Shown here one piece after another: positions 41,605-53,554 of a DNA stretch of 64,000 nucleotides. Position numbers and translations under genes: made by a program. The stretch spans positions 328,329 to 392,328 of IMG/VR virus record IMGVR_UViG_3300029893_000001. One strand, given 5' to 3'. Under the pieces are notes generated by a model. That model ran no database searches. It saw nothing but the letters and a program-made list of their open reading frames with translations, and had not been told where the DNA came from. The number at the start of each line of letters is the position of its first letter. Position 1 is the stretch's first letter.

Positions 41605-41882
41605 GTGTCCTCGCCGATTACTATCGGCGGGGTTCACTTCTTTCCGTGGGTGGACTCCCACCATTTCAGATACTCGTAATCCTTTCGGTCGAGCATCCGA
41701 TAATAGGACTCGGGGTCCGCGTCGAGTTGGTATTCATTCTCAGCGGCGTTTTGGTCGACGCCAGGAAATGTCTCCTCGTACCTGACTCGTCGATTTTTCT
41801 TACGCTGTTTCTGCTGTCGTCGCCGTCGCATGGGATATTATTCCTCGGGTTAACGCCGAATAGGCCCCGAAAGGCCATCGGC

Positions 41883-42830
41883 AGAAGCGAATCGCAGTGG
41901 GGAGGCCTACAGAGGCGGATAAAGGCAAACCAATACCCGGAACCCTCGGTTCCGACGGGATTCGAACCCGCATCACCGCCGCACCTGGTGCCACAGGACG
42001 CCCACTAGACAGCTCCGCGTTGGCACTCACGGAACGTTCATCGTAGGTCCCTGTAAGCCGCCCCACTGCGATTCGCTTCTTGGTTATTGTTTCCGCAGAT
42101 TCAGTTTCCTCCGCCCTGCGCTGCGGCTCAATCTGAGTGACCATGAGAAGGGAGTGCAGTATTCGTTAGCCTCGTTGGAGATAGTGTGCCCTTTGACTGC
42201 CGAGGGTGCAATAGCAATCTGCACCTAAACATAGGCCCGGCAATCTACAGACGATAGTCCAGCGAAGCACCGAACAATGCGTGTAACCTACGCGATGGTC
42301 AAACAATCGAGATGAGTACGAAAGGGAGTTAATTGGCGAGTCAAGGCGTCCTCCTAACGAGACTCTTTTGGGCCAGCTTTCGCTTTTAAGTGGCGTGGAG
42401 GTACGACACAATCTGCAACGTCCAGTAGCAGAAGCCCTGCCCTTGTACTCAGAACATTATCCAGCATATGCTGGAAGCGAATGGCTATGTTCCTTCGCCA
42501 CCCGTTCCCCTTGAGCCGCCTTTAGCGGACGCTCATTGGTCCTATCGGAAGCCTAGGCACATCTTGCCCAAGATTCCAATAGTATCAATTCAATCTCCGA
42601 GCGGTCCAGCCAGGGGGACCGATCCCTGCCACGAACTTAGCGGCGGCGCGTCATTCGTGGCTATATAGTCTCGAAGTGGTTACGACTCTTGCCCGACAAG
42701 TGTCGCAGCAATCAACTGGTCCAGGGGAAGGATTCAGTTGAGTAGGTATGCTTAGTTGCTTCTTGGCGGGTTTCCTACTAAACCCAGCCAGTCATAAGCT
42801 GTAGAACAGGAGAATCATTTCCAGTCCTCC
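41883..42830 (-). ncRNA. Candidate large (about 950 nt) structured RNA with a 3' circularly permuted tRNA-like module
   Basis: Largest gap without a credible ORF; many hairpins; 20-bp perfect stem 41883-41902/42061-42080; canonical T arm GCGGG-TTCGAAT-CCCGT at 41955-41971; 5' boundary uncertain. Confidence 0.7.
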
Positions 42831-42877
42831 GGCTGTGGGATTCATTAAACGCGAAGAGGGGCCCGAAGGCCCCTCTT

Positions 42878-43432
42878 CTATGCGTCCACCATCGCCCGAC
42901 GGCTCCAGTAGAGGATTGCCTTGGCGAAATCCTCCGCCGAATAGGTGGCCGGCGTTCCTCCGGGGAGACCCAGGAAGTTGCGGGCCATCGCCATCGGAGT
43001 CTGGGGCTCCGGCTCCTCGGTGGGGCGGGCGTTGATCGAGACGATCTCCCACTCGCATTCCGTCGAGGCGTCGTTGCCGAGAACGTCGTGCCTGTAGAGC
43101 ACGATCTCGACGACCTTCGCGGGAGCCTTCTCGCCCTTCGCACGCACCTCGATGTAGGGCTCCTCGCCCTCTCGCCGCGCCGAGAACGTCGCCCGGAGCG
43201 TCGTCTTCGGAGTGACCTCGATGACGCCACACTTGAAGTAGTGCGCCTGACTCTCGGTCATCGGGATGAGCAGAACGCCGTCGCGGTAGCCCGGCTTCGC
43301 CTCGGAGAACTGCTGCTCGACGAAAGCGATGAGCACATCCCACTTCGCATCGTGGGTGGCGATGAAGTGTGAGAAGGGGCTCTCCGGCGTCTGGCGACGC
43401 ACGAAGTCATTGATTCCGATGAGGTTACCCAT
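42878..43432 (-). CDS. DUF3228-like protein
   Basis: FVRRQ..., Y/FxARRxxExP, IVLYRHDVL, WEIVSI, EPQTPMAMARNFLG..GG..Y...ILYWS pattern; promoter 43466-43481. Confidence 0.7.
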   Translation of the reverse strand: MGNLIGINDFVRRQTPESPFSHFIATHDAKWDVLIAFVEQQFSEAKPGYRDGVLLIPMTESQAHYFKCGVIEVTPKTTLRATFSARREGEEPYIEVRAKGEKAPAKVVEIVLYRHDVLGNDASTECEWEIVSINARPTEEPEPQTPMAMARNFLGLPGGTPATYSAEDFAKAILYWSRRAMVDA

Positions 43433-44280
43433 GATTGATTCGGCCTCCCTTTGCCTCGCCAAACTACTATCGATTGGGTTCAGTCCCTCTCGATCGCGGA
43501 GAAGTCTCCCAGGTTCCACGTGGTGTGAGTGGGCTGCATGATGCCGAGAACCTGAGTTCCGTAGTTCTTCTCGTAATCCCAGGTGTTGAAGTCGCCCCGC
43601 GACTGAGCGTAGGCAGCGATGACAGCCTCTCGTGGAGAGCACGAAAACGTCTGCTCGTGGCAGGTGGCGAGGTTGAGGACAGTGGTGAACATGATTGATT
43701 TCCTCCTCTCATTAAACGCGAGAAGGGGCCCGAAGGCCCCGTTCTTAGTGACTCCAGGAGCGACGCACACCCTTCGAGAGGCGGCGAATCATTCGCTCCT
43801 CCTGAGCGATGACCTTCCTGGCGACCGGATTGAAATCGCGCAGGTCATCGCGCGTTGGGTAGATCCGGTCGATGTCCAGTCCGAATCCCCTACCGCTGTG
43901 ATGGCTGAAGAGACTTACATGACCAGGAAAAGCCATCGTCTCGATGTAGTGTCCAATCACGACTGTCGAGATCGTGACGTGCCGGGTCTTGCACCACGTG
44001 CGGTACTCCGGACGAAAGAGATCCCAGGACTTCGGGATGCGCCGTCCGTACCACCGGATGATCGGCTGCTTGAAGACGACCTTCGTGACCCTCTGGACCT
44101 GACCGTCCTTGTGGGTGATGATCTCGGTGGAGCGCCGGAGAGCGCCGGAGAATGTTGCTCATGATTGATTGCCTCCTCTGATTGATTGCCTCCTCGCTCA
44201 ACTATTATCGGCGGGGTTCAGCGTTCTCTTAAACGCGAGAAGGGGCCCGAAGGCCCCTCGTACGCAGCTCACTTAGTGAG

Positions 44281-44904
44281 CTAGTTGGTCTCCGAAGGAG
44301 GCGGCAGGACAGCCGATGGCCTTCGGGGAGACGCCCACTTTTCCGCGGCCTGTTCGATGTTGCCATCCGTCAGGGTGCCGACTTCCATCCTGATGAAGTG
44401 CATCGCCTCATTTCGGTAACGATCTGCTTCGAGCGAATCGCAGAAGACCTCGACGAGATTCTTCGCGTCGGCCAGACCGAGGCCGTGCATCTCGCGGGCC
44501 TTCTTGATGGCGGGGATCTTCCTGCCAGTGTTGTTCGGACCTCCGACCACCGCCATGAACTTCGCGGCGGGATCGAGATCCTTGACGGGGAAGGGGCACT
44601 GCTTTCCGATGTTGCCTCGGATGCGATCGTTGTCGTACTTGAGGCGACCGTTCTCCTGTCGGAGCGTCGCGATCTCTTCGCGCTGAAGAGCCACGGTCTT
44701 GTTCATGTGAGACCACTCACAGACCATCGCCGACGCATCGGCGTGGATCGACTCCAAGAGCGACGAGGCGCCGAGCACCATCGCATAGATGGGCACCAAC
44801 ACCAGGTTGAAGGGCTCGTCCTCGACCTGTTCCTTGAGACGGTCCGCGGCGTCTCGGACCATCGTCGTCAGGATCTCCAGGTTCTTCACGAACGTGTCGT
44901 ACAT
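44281..44904 (-). CDS. Protein containing a ribosomal bL12 (L7/L12) C-terminal-like domain
   Basis: RKIPAIKKAREMHGLGLADAKNLVE versus the bL12 consensus KIxVIKxVRxxTGLGLKEAKxLVE; N-terminal coiled coil. Confidence 0.75.
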   Translation of the reverse strand: MYDTFVKNLEILTTMVRDAADRLKEQVEDEPFNLVLVPIYAMVLGASSLLESIHADASAMVCEWSHMNKTVALQREEIATLRQENGRLKYDNDRIRGNIGKQCPFPVKDLDPAAKFMAVVGGPNNTGRKIPAIKKAREMHGLGLADAKNLVEVFCDSLEADRYRNEAMHFIRMEVGTLTDGNIEQAAEKWASPRRPSAVLPPPSETN

Positions 44905-44995
44905 TACCAATTCCTCCGGGCCAGAAGTTGGCACTTAGTATCGCCAGGGTCCAACCCCTTAAGCAAGAAAAGGGCGGCCCCGAAGGACCGCCAAT

Positions 44996-47900
44996 TCATC
45001 GGTACATGTTGGCTTCCTGATGGGAAGCCCAATCGTCGTTGACGATCTCGGCGAGTTTGCGAGCAACCTGCTCACCGTACTTCGAGATCCACTCTTGGAG
45101 TTGTTCCCCCGAGAGCGGCTTGATCTCGTATCCGACCATCGGGTCGGAAGCCGGAAGAGCAGGGAAAACCTGCGGCGGGTCCGAGAAGGCAAACTTGGTG
45201 GGTTGCATCGTCTCGACGACGGTGGCGATCACGAGATATTCCACTCCATCCAGAGTGAACTCGTGCTCCCTTTCGGGATAGGTGAAGCTCTTGTGATTCA
45301 CTCGCCCTCCTTCTGGTTGAGCCGACTGAGACACGTCTCGCAGATGATGACTTCGCCACGCGTCATCATGCGACCACCGCAGTCTCCCCGCGGATTGTTG
45401 TTCCAATTCACGCAGTCATCCAGAGCGTACAGGCCGGTGACTTCGACAACCTCCGGAGAGGCGTCGCGGTGGTCGTAGATGCCCAGCTCCCACCGACCGT
45501 CGGCCATCTTCTGACCGGTGGTGTTGGACCAGTTTTCTCCGACGCACCACGGCTCCGGGAGAAGTTCCTCGACCTTCGTCGGATCGTTCGGACAGATGAT
45601 GAGGCGCTCGTCGAGATTGATCTCCGTTCGATTCGCCACGTCCAGCATGGACTTGAGCCACTCCCGAGTCTGGCGTCGAGCAGGAATGGTGTTTCGTCCC
45701 CGAAGAGAAGTCTCCGAGAACAAATCCCACTTGCTCAGGTCAGCGAACTCGCTGGGGAAGACGTAGCATTGTCCCAGAGGGGTGATCAGCGCCTCCGCAT
45801 GCTTGACCAGGAAGTCGATTCCCGGATTCATCGGATCGAGATCCTTCGAGAGATCCCAAAAGGGCGCCCTCTCCGAGACGATGATGAACAGCTCGCCGGC
45901 CGGAAGGCACGTACGAATCTGTTGGATGTTGGCTCCTGAGAGGTCACCCCACCCCAGCTTCTCGCCGAGACGATTGTACCAGGATGCATTGTGGAAGAGA
46001 TCGTCCATGAGGCACTGACCCTCACGGATGATCTGTTGGAGCGGCTGTGCGCTCTCGTGGACGGACGCCTTGAACTCCTGGACCCACTGGCCGTCCCTCT
46101 GGATGGTCCGATAGTCGAACATCCCGTAGAGGAGAAGCGAGCGAACGAGGTTTGCCATGATCATTTCCTCCGGTTGTGGTCGTCGCTCTGTGTAGTATCG
46201 GCCGGGTTGACGCCCCCTCGACTACGTTCCCAATTCCCAACGGGTTCAATGTCGTAATCTACAAACACACGACTCGCAATCTCAGCAGCCTTGGTCATTC
46301 CATGAGATCGTAAGGTATCTGCAATCTTGCCTCTCATGTATGTCTGGCCCTGATGAAATCGCTTTTTCGTGAGCCTCTTTTCGACGTGTGCGTGGTGCTG
46401 CCGGTTGATCTGAAACCTTCTCCAGAGATTGCCGGAGGTATTTTTGAGGCGATCTATTTCCTCGATCAGCTCCATCACAACGAGATTGTCCGTGGCCTCA
46501 GCTTCATCCCAAAGCTGGTCGATTCTCTCGTTTGTCAGATGACTCATTGAAAATCTCCAAGGAGACCTTAAACGCGGAAAGGGGCCCCGGTTTCCCGGAG
46601 CCCCTTTCTTACGCGGCCTGAGAGACCGACGGCGCCTGCTTCCCGGGCACCGCCTTGAACTTGAGGAAGCGCGCATCGTCGAACGACTTGAACTGCTCGG
46701 CGTCGTTGAGCTTCATGCTCAGGTAGTTGAGGCGGTGCCAGTTGACGAACGCCTCGTGGTACTTCTTCTCGGCGGCGGCCCGCATCGAGGTACCCTCCGG
46801 GTAGCGGTTCATCGTCTCGCAGTGCTTGTTCGCCTCCGCGCCCCAGTAGTCACGGGCGGGCCGCAGGAAGACCATCATCACCTTGATGATGGCGCTCGCC
46901 GGCAGCACCTTGAGACGGTCGGCGATCGAAAGAACCTGCTCCTTGATGGTCATGATCAATACTCCCGGTTAGGGCGGCGTCATTGCCTCATAGTCTAGTA
47001 TCGGCAGGGTTCACTGATTCTTGGAAGTACGTTTCTCGTAGGCTGCACGTTGCTGAGGTGTCATTGCAGCCTCGGCTCTCGCCAATGCTTCTTCGAAAGA
47101 ATGGTCAGAGCGGCCCTTCTCAGTAGTAAGTCGGGCCCCACGCTTTCCGGTGCGGTGGTACCCCACCGAATATCCGTACACCTCGCCCTCTGGAGAGACC
47201 CATCCATCCGGCCCAGGCTTTTCCGTGCCTGTGAAGCGTCGCAATACGTACGCAAATCCACGAGGGCCCCATTGAAGCTGGGCTATTTCTTGTGCTTCGG
47301 CTTCAGTCATAGTGTCCAAACGAGAAATGCCCGCTGACCGCGGGCATTTCTCAGAGGCGACCCACCTTGGGCCGACGGGAGAGCACGACTCGGCGGGGTC
47401 GCCACCGACTGTTGCAGAGACAAGAGAGGGTGCAGTATCCTTCTCGCGAGAACATTTCGCTGTATCTCGCGACTCGGTTTTTGCACCCCCAGCAGCGAGG
47501 TAGCGATTTGTTTCGCAGCGCTCGCTGCCTCTCTAGAACGTTGGTGAGGTCCATGGTCAGCTCTTGGGGCGACGCACCTTCTTCGCGCGGCCCTTGATCT
47601 TGCCGAGGTCCAGCCCGATCTCGAAGTCGTCGGGCGTCATCGTGACGGTGCGGCCGGCGACGTACACGCCGTCCTCCTTCTTCGTGTCCTCCACGAAGAC
47701 GAACGTCCTCGTGCGCTTCCCCTTCACGCCCTGGTAGCGGAACGTACCACGGATCTGCTTCGGCTTCTCGCCGAACTTGAGGAGGCGCTTCTTCTCCTCA
47801 TCCGTGAGGGGCACGCCGTTGAACTTGTAGGGCTCGGTGCGAATGGGCTGGAGCATGATTATTCCTCCCGGCTGGGGTTGTCTCAACTACTATCAGCCGG

Positions 47901-50900
47901 GTTCAGCCCTTTATTAGTATTAGTCTTCGGGCCCGGACACTAAATGGGTTCTAAGGGCCTCCGGAGTTTCAGCCTCAGGCGACCAGCGGTCTTCTATCCA
48001 GTATCCTTCCTGGTGTCGACGACCGTTTATCCAAAGGTTGTAGTGGTCGTTTTGGATGTCACAGTGGCAGGTGTGAGCCGTCGAACGCAATATGCGTAGC
48101 GGATACGGCCCTTCCATCTCGAAGCGATCGGATATCACATCATACAGCCAGCGAGCCCTGACCGCCGTCTTCGGTGGCTCTCCTTTAAGGATCTCCCTTG
48201 GATGTTCAAACCGTCCGCTGAGCCATGCAACAGCTATTGCGTTGAATATTTGTTGCTTGCTGCTCAGATCAATTTCGTTGCTGGACAAGTCTGTGCTCCC
48301 TTAGAAGTCTATGTCGAAGAACTCGGTAGGCTCACTCTCCGAGAGGACAAGATCGTCGTCCCGATAGGTTTCTGAAACGTGGTCTCCCTGAGGAAGGGGC
48401 GTATTGGTGTCGTCATAAACGCACCAATCTCCCTCGCCGAGCCCTCGAATGTAGAGAATCCCAGCCCCAATTAGGACCACTTGCTGCGAAGCAAGTTCGC
48501 CTACTTCAAACTGGATGTGATCGATCTCCGCATCATCCGTTTTGTGTCGCACGCTATAGCGCATATTTGCTTGGCCCCTTAAACGAGAAAGGGCCCTTAC
48601 GGGCCCTCTCTCAGTCGTCTGTCTCGATCTCGAACTTGACTCCTCCGGATTCCATCACGAGAGTCTTCGCCCGGGCCTTCGCCCGGCCTTCCTGCCACTC
48701 CTTCTCGTAGGGGAACTCCGAGGAATCCACCCACTCTCCGGCCGCGAGGCGCTGGCAGATTGCTTCGCACTCGTTCCAGTGACAGGCGTCGTCGGCGAGC
48801 ACGGCGACTCGTGTCAGGTGTCCGACCTGCGTAGCGAACAGCACGGAAATCGGATGCAGATGCACCCAATCCGATCCCCGCTGCGGCTTCGAGACGTCCA
48901 TGATGTCTTCGCGGTGGGCCTCCTTCCACAGGAGATCCATGACCTTCGAGTAGCTGCGGAGAACCGCCCTCAGATTGCAGGCACTCTGGGCGTCGAGCGC
49001 CAACTGTGCTGCCCGCTGGATCTCCTCCTGATGGAGGATTTCCTCTTCGGTGGTGCGGCCCTTCGCGATGTCGATTTCCTTTTGGCTGACCATGATTTTC
49101 CCTGTTGGTTGATTAGTAGTCGTAGTCGAGTTCGTAGTCGTACCCGTAGTCGTCGTACCCATCCAATTCGTCTTGACGATCCAACTCCCACTCGGAATCC
49201 CAATCCGTGTAGTCGTAGCTGTCCGTCAACGACTCCTGGTAAAGGTACCAATTCTTCTCCTCGTCGTGGTCGACGAAGAAATCCTCGTAGGGAAGAATCG
49301 GCCCCAGAGAATATTCGTGCAGGCCCTCGGCAAGGGCAGCGGACTCAGAAAGCTCTGGACGTCGCATTGATTCCTCACGATTGGATTGTCATTGCCTGCT
49401 GTCTAATATCCCCAGGGTTCGACACGCCGAAGGGCCCCGGATGGGCCGCCTCGGTTAAAAGGCCTTGGCGTCAGGAGTCGCGGACCACGACTTCGTACTC
49501 CAGCTGCGGGGAATACGGGACGTCTTCCCATTCGGGAGGAATGTCTCCGAGCTTCTTGGCCAGTTCGCTTCGCGTATCAGGCTTGCGTCGCTGTAGCCGG
49601 ACGAGTGCTCGACCCTCGCCAATCCGCTTCATGGAAATACCTTCCATCCACAGGACCGCGCGAATCTGAGCAGGAAGATCTTCGTGAGTTGCCTGGAACT
49701 TATAGAAGATCGTAGTCCAGTGCTTCTCCATGATTCGCTTCATCTCTTCTTGGACGCTCAGAGATGGAGCCGTGTCGAGCAGACGAACCATCAGCCGATA
49801 TTCGCTCGACTTGCAAATCGAAACTTCCTCGATAACCGGCTGAATCCGGGTCATCGAGATGTAGTTCTGGAGATAGACGTCCCTGTAGTTTTGGGCGTCC
49901 CTTTCGGTCTGAAACAGGAGAGCCCCGCCTCCCTCCCCGTACAGGACCCGATTCTCCAACGTCTTCGATAGCTCCGTCAGCGGATGGCACAGAGCGAACA
50001 TCTTATAGCTTTCCATCACTGCCCCTCGGTCAGTAGAAGAACATTAGGTACACGTAGACGACCCCCGCCGCTACTATTGCAACGGGGGCGAAATAGTTGT
50101 CGAAGATGTACCAGAATCTCTCCATCAGACCTTCTGAAGAGTGTTCCTGAAGTCGTTGAACTTCGTGTCGGGGATTCGTCGCTTCACAATCTCCTTTCCG
50201 CTGGAGTCGAGAACGTGCAGTTCGACGACCCCATCGGAATTCCTTGCGAAGATTACGCTTTCGCCGGCCACGCCGAAGGTCATTTCGGCTGCGACAGTCT
50301 TCTTGTGTTCGTGGATCGAGACTTCGTCGTCCATGGTTCCTCCTCATTAAACGCGATTAGGGGAGCTTTGGCTCCCCTAATCTCTATTCATCGATGCTGA
50401 GGGCCTCTTCCATTTCGTCGTCCGACGAATAGCCGAGGAGCGTCTGCATGCCATCGACAGCCCACCGGAGATATTCGATCTCACCGTAGGAGTCGCCCTT
50501 CTCCAGGTCGGAGAAATCTTCCCCATAGATGTCACCGAGGTCAGCGGCGAGCCTATCGATGGCCTCTTGAGCCTCCTCGGAGAGGCCGGTGCCATCACTC
50601 ACCACACTGTGAAGGTGGAGGAGCGCGCTCCGAATCTCGACGACGGTGTTTTTCTCGTGGGCCATTATTCGCTCCTTCTGCGGCGATGACGCCGCCATCT
50701 ATACTATCGTCGGGGTTCGTGCTTGATTAAAGCGAGAATGGCGCCCTTGAGGGCGCCCCTCTCACGATCCGATTCCGAACCCGTAGTCCTCGCCGCCCCA
50801 CGTATTGTAGGGCCGAGTCATGAATCCGTTCGGATGCCTACGCTGCGGGAACAGCACCCTGACGACGTACCCGCGAGGATCTCCATCGAAGCGGACACGA

Positions 50901-53554
50901 ATCTCGTCGTTCACTTCCCGAAGGAGCGTGCGGATTTCATCCTGAAGCCGCTCGTCCTCCTGCTTTTCCCTCTCGGTGAGGCCACGATTGCAGTCGTGCT
51001 CAGCGAGCATTCGCATTCTCGACGCCTTTCGGCAGACGATCTTGCTGATCTCACTGAGACGATGCATGTCGACGTTCTTGGCGTTGTACTCGCCGAGGTG
51101 CTTTCGGAACTCGCGTTCGTTTTCGCTCATGATTGATGACCTTGGTAGTTCAGTTGAACTTCGGATGGTCCTCGTCCTGCTCTTCCTTGGGGACCTTCAC
51201 CTTGTCCTGCTTCATGACACGCCTCCTAGTCAGCCGTATTCAGTGTGTTGTCCGGGGCGGCGGGCCTGTCACTCCCGTAGTAAGGAGCCGCGTAGTAAGT
51301 CTGCGGACCCTCCCCAGACGACAGGTTGCTGGCGTCGACCAACATCGCTTCGATGGTTTCGAGCGTATCGGTGGGCAGCGTGGCGGCACGCTTCGCCAGC
51401 TTTTCGCAAAGCTCCTGTACGTGTTCCCTCAATTCGGTTGACACGTTCACGTCCCCTGATCGATGCGTTCGAGAATCTTGTCGTACATTCCGGAGGCCAT
51501 CACCTTGTTCCACCAGTCGGGTGGATAGGCGTGACCGCGGCGAAGCTTCATCACGTCGCATGCGTACCGAAGATCGGCGTACACCTTGACCTCTTCGAGC
51601 GCCCTGATCTCTTCCGGCAAAAGCGGCGTCTTCGGATCGAGCTTGCCGAGCTTCTCGGCGGTGCAATGAGCGCTCAGCCGAATGCTCCGGTAGTAGGAGA
51701 CGGTCGCGCTGTCGAGCGGTACTCCCTTGGCGGGATCGATGTTGAGGGTCTCGACCTTGAGTTCCTTCGTGAGCTTTTCCATGATCATCATTTCCCTTTC
51801 ACCAGAGATCCCAGCGAACTAGGCGAGCCTTGTATTCCTCACGAATCAAATCCAGCGTGTCGAGGAAGTGGAGAACTTCTTTTCGATAGCTGAACTTGTC
51901 CGAGTCCAACTCGATTTTGTATCGAGCTGCGTCCTCATCTCCCCGTTCGAGATAGAAGATGACCGCGTTGAGAACGGAGTGTGCCTCGTTCGGATTGTCC
52001 GCCATGAACTTCTTAATGGCTTCGACCCGAACGAGATCGTACGGCGAGACATCGGCCATCAGACTGGCTCGTCGAGAAGCTCCGACGCCTTGGCTGCCAT
52101 GCGCATCGAGAGACGCTCGCAGCGCAAGTCGCCGCCTTCGGGAGCGAAACCTCCCTTGCGACGCCACTCTCTGTAGTTCGCGAGGAACTCCTCTGCCTCT
52201 TCGAGATCGCCGTCTTCGATGGCGCTTTCAGCGCAGTCGAGTGCTGCTTGCGGGTCCATTATTCACCTCTTTCAGTCTAGAAACACGCGGTTCGGACCTG
52301 GCTCGTGATCCTCACTAGGAAAAACTTCGAACATGCGATTCGCCCATTCAATGTCCCGCACACTTCCAGTGCTGAGTGTCCACTTGAAAGGGACTCGCGA
52401 GAAGACGGTACGAATCGGATAGCGATCCAGGCCAGCGGCGGCTCTCCACCGCTCCGCGTCATGACGTGTTCGGAAGACGTATTCGGCCGTCCCGGGAGGA
52501 CGCGAACGCCAGACGATATAGCCGCGGGCCAATTCTGGTGCGTTGGATTGACGGCCCTCGCAAGTGTCGCACACTACGGTGAGCAGAAGCAACACCATTT
52601 TGTTGCCGCACTGATCGCAGTACATATCTCCCCTCCTCACGTCCTCGGAACGAGATCGAGCGCCAGATTCAGCGCCTTGAACATCCCCTCGTCGGACGGA
52701 ACCTGGTAGGTGATCGGCTCCGGCTCGACACCACCGAGCTGCTCCAGCTCCTCCCTCGTGAAGAGTCTCCGGATGGTGGCATCCCATTTGACCCAGACCT
52801 CGCCAGGCTTTTGTTCCTTTGCTGGGGGCTCGATGCTGACAAGCCACTCTCGGCCATCCGGTCCCGTGATCTCGGCGGTGATTTTGTGATAGATGATCAT
52901 TCCCATTTGCTCACCTCGCTTGCCGATTAATATCGGCAGGGTCCAAACGACGAAAGGGCCCCATTGGGACCCTTCGTCAGTTGGCATCGGGTGACGCTAC
53001 TTCTTCTCCTGCTGAAGGCGAAGCAGGTCGCCGAGCGTGGGCTGTTTGTAGCTCTTATCCCGACAGCCGCTTCGGAAGTCGTAGCGCTCTTTTCGCTCGG
53101 CCTCCTCTTTGGCTTTCTGTGTGCAGCGGCAGTGCGCTTCGTAGCGGCCATACCCGTAGGGTTCGTAGTCTACGGTGACTACTTCTCCGCACTTCGAACA
53201 CACCTTGTCGTCATCCATTGTCATGTATTTCTTTTCCACCGTGGGACCATCCAAGCCAGTAGTATGGCTCGTATCCAGGAGAGCACAAGGGTTTTGCTAC
53301 TCCTGCGACTACCTTGTGCATGTATCCAAGCCGATAGGCTTGGTGCATTTCGTCCGTCCAGGGGCGTGGGAAGTGGCGATCCGCTCGGCGGCCCACCTGA
53401 ATTCCCTCGGCACTCACGGATTCGATTTCCGGTAGGAGTGCCGCAGCCTGAGCGTCGGCGTCCGAAGGCCAGATTGCGAAGTCGCCGTTGATTTCTACGC
53501 CGTACTCGGAGCACAGACTCACGAGTGCAGCGAGGAATTCTCGTCGGTCCTTCA
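44996..53554 (-). other. Run of about 25 small early hypothetical ORFs, many acidic
   Basis: e.g. 45298-46158, 46609-46953, 47557-47856, 47920-48288, 48301-48564, 48611-49093, 49113-49367, 49471-50016, 50125-50334, 50384-50665, 50762-51130, 52059-52259, 52637-52906; punctuated by promoter motifs and hairpin-TTTAA elements. Confidence 0.7.

Noticed and set aside
41914-41980. Permuted two-piece tmRNA or an ordinary tRNA
   Set aside because: The acceptor stem has no G3-U70 alanine determinant, no CCA and no tag frame; there is no canonical D arm or anticodon loop in linear order
42050-42115. RNase P RNA-like words GAGGAAAC and CGGCTTA on the minus strand
   Set aside because: They are only about 50 nt apart and the P4 strands are not complementary, which is too short for an RNase P core
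42090-42130. Group II intron domain V-like GAGCCG start
   Set aside because: The 3' strand reads CGGAAAC rather than CGGTTC, so the AGC triad helix cannot form; there is no domain VI or RT ORF
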